Of a stretch of 55,323 nt of DNA, positions 52,248 through 55,323 are shown piece after piece; the stretch's first letter is position 1, and each line of letters starts with the position of its first letter. The position numbers were made by a program, and so were the translations under genes. Origin of the DNA: Actinomycetota bacterium (GTDB lineage Bacteria; Actinomycetota; Actinomycetes; JAKEEW01). Under the pieces are notes generated by a model. That model was not told where the DNA came from and did not search any database. It saw only the letters and a list, made by a program, of their open reading frames with translations. The DNA is taken from positions 1-55,323 of the forward strand of contig JBKOZJ010000080.1 in assembly GCA_046725875.1 (NCBI GenBank), given 5' to 3'.

Positions 52248-54158
52248 GTGGCCGGCCGCATTAGGGACGAGGATGTCGCGCTGGTACGCGAACGCTCGCC
52301 AGTCGCGGACGTCGTCGGCGAGCGGATAACGCTGCGCAACACCGGCGGCAGCCTTATGGGCCTGTGCCCATTCCACGAAGAGCGCACCCCGTCCTTCCAT
52401 GTCACGCCCGCCCGTGGTCTCTTCTACTGCTTCAGCTGCACTGCAGGCGGCGACGTCTTCGAGTTCCTGATGAAGCTCGACCATTTGAGCTTCACGGAGG
52501 CCGTCGAGCAGCTCGCGGCCCGGGCCGGCATCCGGCTGCGGTATGTCGAGGGCGGCTATACCAGTCGAGGCCAGGGCGGCCAGCGGACGCGGTTGCTCGA
52601 GGCGCACCGGCTCGCGGCAGAGTTCTATGCGAAGCAGCTCGGCGCGCCGGAGGCCTTGCCCGCGCGTGAGTTCCTCACCGGCCGCGGCTTCGCCACAGAA
52701 ACGTGGGCCACCTTTGGCCTTGGCTACGCGCGAAGGGAGTGGGACGCGCTCACTCGGCATCTGCGGGGGCGCGGCTTCACCGATCTGGAGCTGATCTCCG
52801 GTGGGCTCGCGCGCGAGGGCCAGCGCGGACCGATCGACCGCTTCCGCGGCCGGCTCCTCTGGCCGATCAGGGACATCGCCGGGGACGTCGTCGGGTTCGG
52901 TGCTCGGAAACTGTACGAGGAAGACGGCGGGCCGAAATATCTCAATACTCCCGAGACGGCGCTCTATCGGAAGAGTCAGGTCCTCTACGGCGTCGACCTC
53001 GCCAAGCGGGAGATCGCCCGACGCATGCAGGCAGTCGTGGTTGAGGGTTACACGGACGTCATGGCGTGCCACCTCGCCGGTGTGCCGACCGCCGTCGCGA
53101 CTTGCGGCACGGCCTTCGGCGCCGAGCACATCAACATCCTCCGCCGCCTGCTGATGGACCAGAACGAGTTCCGTGGGGAGGTCATCTTCACCTTCGACGG
53201 GGACGAGGCGGGGCAGAAGGCGGCGATGCGAGCCTTCGCCGACGAGCAGCGCTTCGTCGCACAGACCTACGTCGCGGTCGAGTCGACCGGGCTCGACCCA
53301 TGCGAGCTGCGCCTCGCTCGCGGCGACGCTGCCGTCCGCGACCTTGTTGCCCGGCGGGTGCCGCTGTTCGAGTTCGCCATCAAATCGACATTGCGACGCT
53401 ACGACCTGGATACGCCCGAGGGCCGGGTCGCGGCGCTGCGGGCAGCGGCGCCGGTGGTCGCGTCGATTCGCGACCAGTCCCTGCGGCCCGAATACACCAG
53501 GAGCCTGGCCGGCTGGCTCGGCATGGAGGTGGAGGCGGTGTCCGCGGCGGTCGACAGCGCCGGCCGAGCTACCGTCTCTAATCGGCCGCATGGCCGCAGC
53601 GATGACCTGCCGCCGCCCGGGGGACAGCCCGCGATCCCCCGGCAGCAGGGCGGTCCGGAGGGTCGACCAGACCCGAACGACCCCGCGCTCCAGGTCGAGC
53701 GCGAGGCGCTCAAGCTCGCCATCCAGCGACCCGATCTTGGTGTCGAGACGTTTGCCGAGGTCACGGCGGGGCTGTTCCGCGCTACGGCGTACGCGTCGGT
53801 GCGGCAGGCGATTGCCGAAGCCGCAAGCGCGCCGGGTGCAGCCGCCGCGACAAGCAGCGGGTGGTGGGTCACTCGACTCCGGGACGTCGCCGCCGATGAC
53901 AACATACGCACTCTTGTTACCGAGCTGGCCGTTGAGCCATTGCGGCACGACGGCGAGGCGGACGAGCGCTACGCAGACGCCGTGTACGCGCGCCTGCTGG
54001 AGATCGCGACCACTCGCCGGATCACCGAGCTCAAGTCCAAGCTGCAGCGCCTGTCGCCGGTCGAAGCCACCGCCCGCTACAACAAGCTCTTCGGCGAGTT
54101 GATCGCGCTCGAGGCGCATCGTCGGGAGCTTCGCGAGCGGGCGATTGGCGGCTTGTAA
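52248..54158 (+). CDS. dnaG: DNA primase
   Basis: [11 protein letters not shown]...CFSC zinc finger, [30 protein letters not shown] -10 is 6 nt before the GTG. Confidence 0.98.
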   Translation: MAGRIRDEDVALVRERSPVADVVGERITLRNTGGSLMGLCPFHEERTPSFHVTPARGLFYCFSCTAGGDVFEFLMKLDHLSFTEAVEQLAARAGIRLRYVEGGYTSRGQGGQRTRLLEAHRLAAEFYAKQLGAPEALPAREFLTGRGFATETWATFGLGYARREWDALTRHLRGRGFTDLELISGGLAREGQRGPIDRFRGRLLWPIRDIAGDVVGFGARKLYEEDGGPKYLNTPETALYRKSQVLYGVDLAKREIARRMQAVVVEGYTDVMACHLAGVPTAVATCGTAFGAEHINILRRLLMDQNEFRGEVIFTFDGDEAGQKAAMRAFADEQRFVAQTYVAVESTGLDPCELRLARGDAAVRDLVARRVPLFEFAIKSTLRRYDLDTPEGRVAALRAAAPVVASIRDQSLRPEYTRSLAGWLGMEVEAVSAAVDSAGRATVSNRPHGRSDDLPPPGGQPAIPRQQGGPEGRPDPNDPALQVEREALKLAIQRPDLGVETFAEVTAGLFRATAYASVRQAIAEAASAPGAAAATSSGWWVTRLRDVAADDNIRTLVTELAVEPLRHDGEADERYADAVYARLLEIATTRRITELKSKLQRLSPVEATARYNKLFGELIALEAHRRELRERAIGGL

Positions 54159-54367
54159 GGGCTGCCGCGCCGCGAGAGGCCGAACTCTGGGCACGTTCCG
54201 TCACTTTCTGTAGCCGGCCCGAAACTGGGTGGCGGGCTGAGGTGCACCTTCTAAGCCAGGTGGGTAATGCACTAGTCGAAGTCGCGGCGGCCGTGGACTC
54301 TGTCCTCTTTCACCCGCCGGTGTCGGCCGCGGCCCATGTGTCGCCAGCCTGGGAGGAGGAGCGGCCT

Positions 54368-55323
54368 GTGGCGCACGAAGCGGTGCTGGTCAAACCGGAG
54401 CCGGTGATCAACAGCAGTTCCGATCCGACTTTCCCCGATCCGCCACTCCGGGCGCTGCCCGATCTGGAACCGCTACAGGACGAGCTCGACGCCGTTGAGG
54501 AGGAGCTCAGCGAAGACGAGCTCGCCGCCCGCAGCCCGGCCACCGACCTGGTACGCCAATACCTCAGGGAGATCGGCCGGGTTTCGCTTCTCAGCGCCAT
54601 CGACGAGGTCGAGCTGGCCCGACGAGTCGAAGCCGGGGTCTTCGCCGAGGAAAAGCTGACGAGCGGCCACCCGCTCGATCCGACCCTCCGGCACGACCTC
54701 GAGATCATCATGCGGGACGGGCGCGAGGCGAAAAGCCGGCTGATCGAGTCCAACCTGCGATTGGTCGTCTCGATCGCCAAGCGGTATATCGGTCGTGGCC
54801 TGCCCTTCCTCGATCTGGTTCAGGAGGGCAATCTGGGGCTGATCCGGGCCGTCGAGAAGTTCGACTATGCCAAGGGCTACAAGTTCTCGACCTATGCCAC
54901 CTGGTGGATCAGACAGGCCATCACTCGCGCCCTGGCCGACCAAGCACGGACGATCCGGGTACCAGTGCACGTCGTCGAGACCATCAACCGGATCGTCCGG
55001 ATGCAGCGCAACCTCCTGCAGGAGTGGGGCCGGGAGCCTACGCCACTCGAGGTTGCGACCCGGCTCGAGATGGACGTCGACCGGGTTCTCGAGATCATGC
55101 GAATCGCACAGGAGCCGATCTCGCTGCACTCACCCGTCGGCGAGACCGAGGACTCTGAGCTCGGCGATCTCATTGAGGACACCGATGTGATGTCGCCGAT
55201 GGATGCGGCCGCCGGCTCACTGCTCCGTGAGCACCTCGACGCGATCCTGTGCACGCTCGGGGACCGGGAAAAGCGGGTCGTCCAGCTGCGCTATGGACTG
55301 ACCGACGGCGAGCCGCACACGCT
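54368..55323 (+). CDS. RNA polymerase sigma70 factor, probably group 2 (HrdA-like); 3' end outside window
   Basis: [64 protein letters not shown]. Short N-terminus; follows dnaG. Not in the ORF track because it has no stop. Confidence 0.9.
   Translation, partial: MAHEAVLVKPEPVINSSSDPTFPDPPLRALPDLEPLQDELDAVEEELSEDELAARSPATDLVRQYLREIGRVSLLSAIDEVELARRVEAGVFAEEKLTSGHPLDPTLRHDLEIIMRDGREAKSRLIESNLRLVVSIAKRYIGRGLPFLDLVQEGNLGLIRAVEKFDYAKGYKFSTYATWWIRQAITRALADQARTIRVPVHVVETINRIVRMQRNLLQEWGREPTPLEVATRLEMDVDRVLEIMRIAQEPISLHSPVGETEDSELGDLIEDTDVMSPMDAAAGSLLREHLDAILCTLGDREKRVVQLRYGLTDGEPHT

Noticed and set aside
54368..55323. Calling the sigma factor the primary rpoD/hrdB
   Set aside because: It lacks the long Ala/Lys-rich N-terminus typical of actinobacterial primary sigmas and is truncated, so no symbol was assigned.

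Overview
High-GC actinobacterial (Actinomycetia-type) core chromosome segment. Gene order: partial ArsR regulator, two FAD/BBE oxidases, LtrA, HIT, hypothetical, leuS-degV-comEA-comEC-holA, rpsT, lepA, MOSC, acyl-CoA ligase, hemW, DUF4870, hrcA-dnaJ-rsmE, GerMN/Gmad2, hinT, a disrupted serine hydrolase, phoH-ybeY-hemolysin/CorC-cdd-like-era, GNAT, recO-uppS, znuACB-zur, AKR, glyQS, thiolase, dusB, XdhC-like, ppdK, YdcF, dgt, dnaG and a truncated group 2-like sigma70. I see no rRNA, tRNA, CRISPR, phage or transposase, and no clearly novel multi-gene system. The signals the ORF track misses are small: a leaderless Leu-Leu-Leu leader-peptide attenuator before leuS, CIRCE and Zur boxes, degenerate tandem repeats inserted in frame in lepA, hemW and dgt, a two-copy REP/MITE-like inverted-repeat family, a 93-bp foreign-looking insert with 8-bp direct repeats in the serine hydrolase, DnaA-box-like sites before comEA, and a 37-aa membrane sORF. 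Product calls rest on recognised motifs and synteny, not on database searches.
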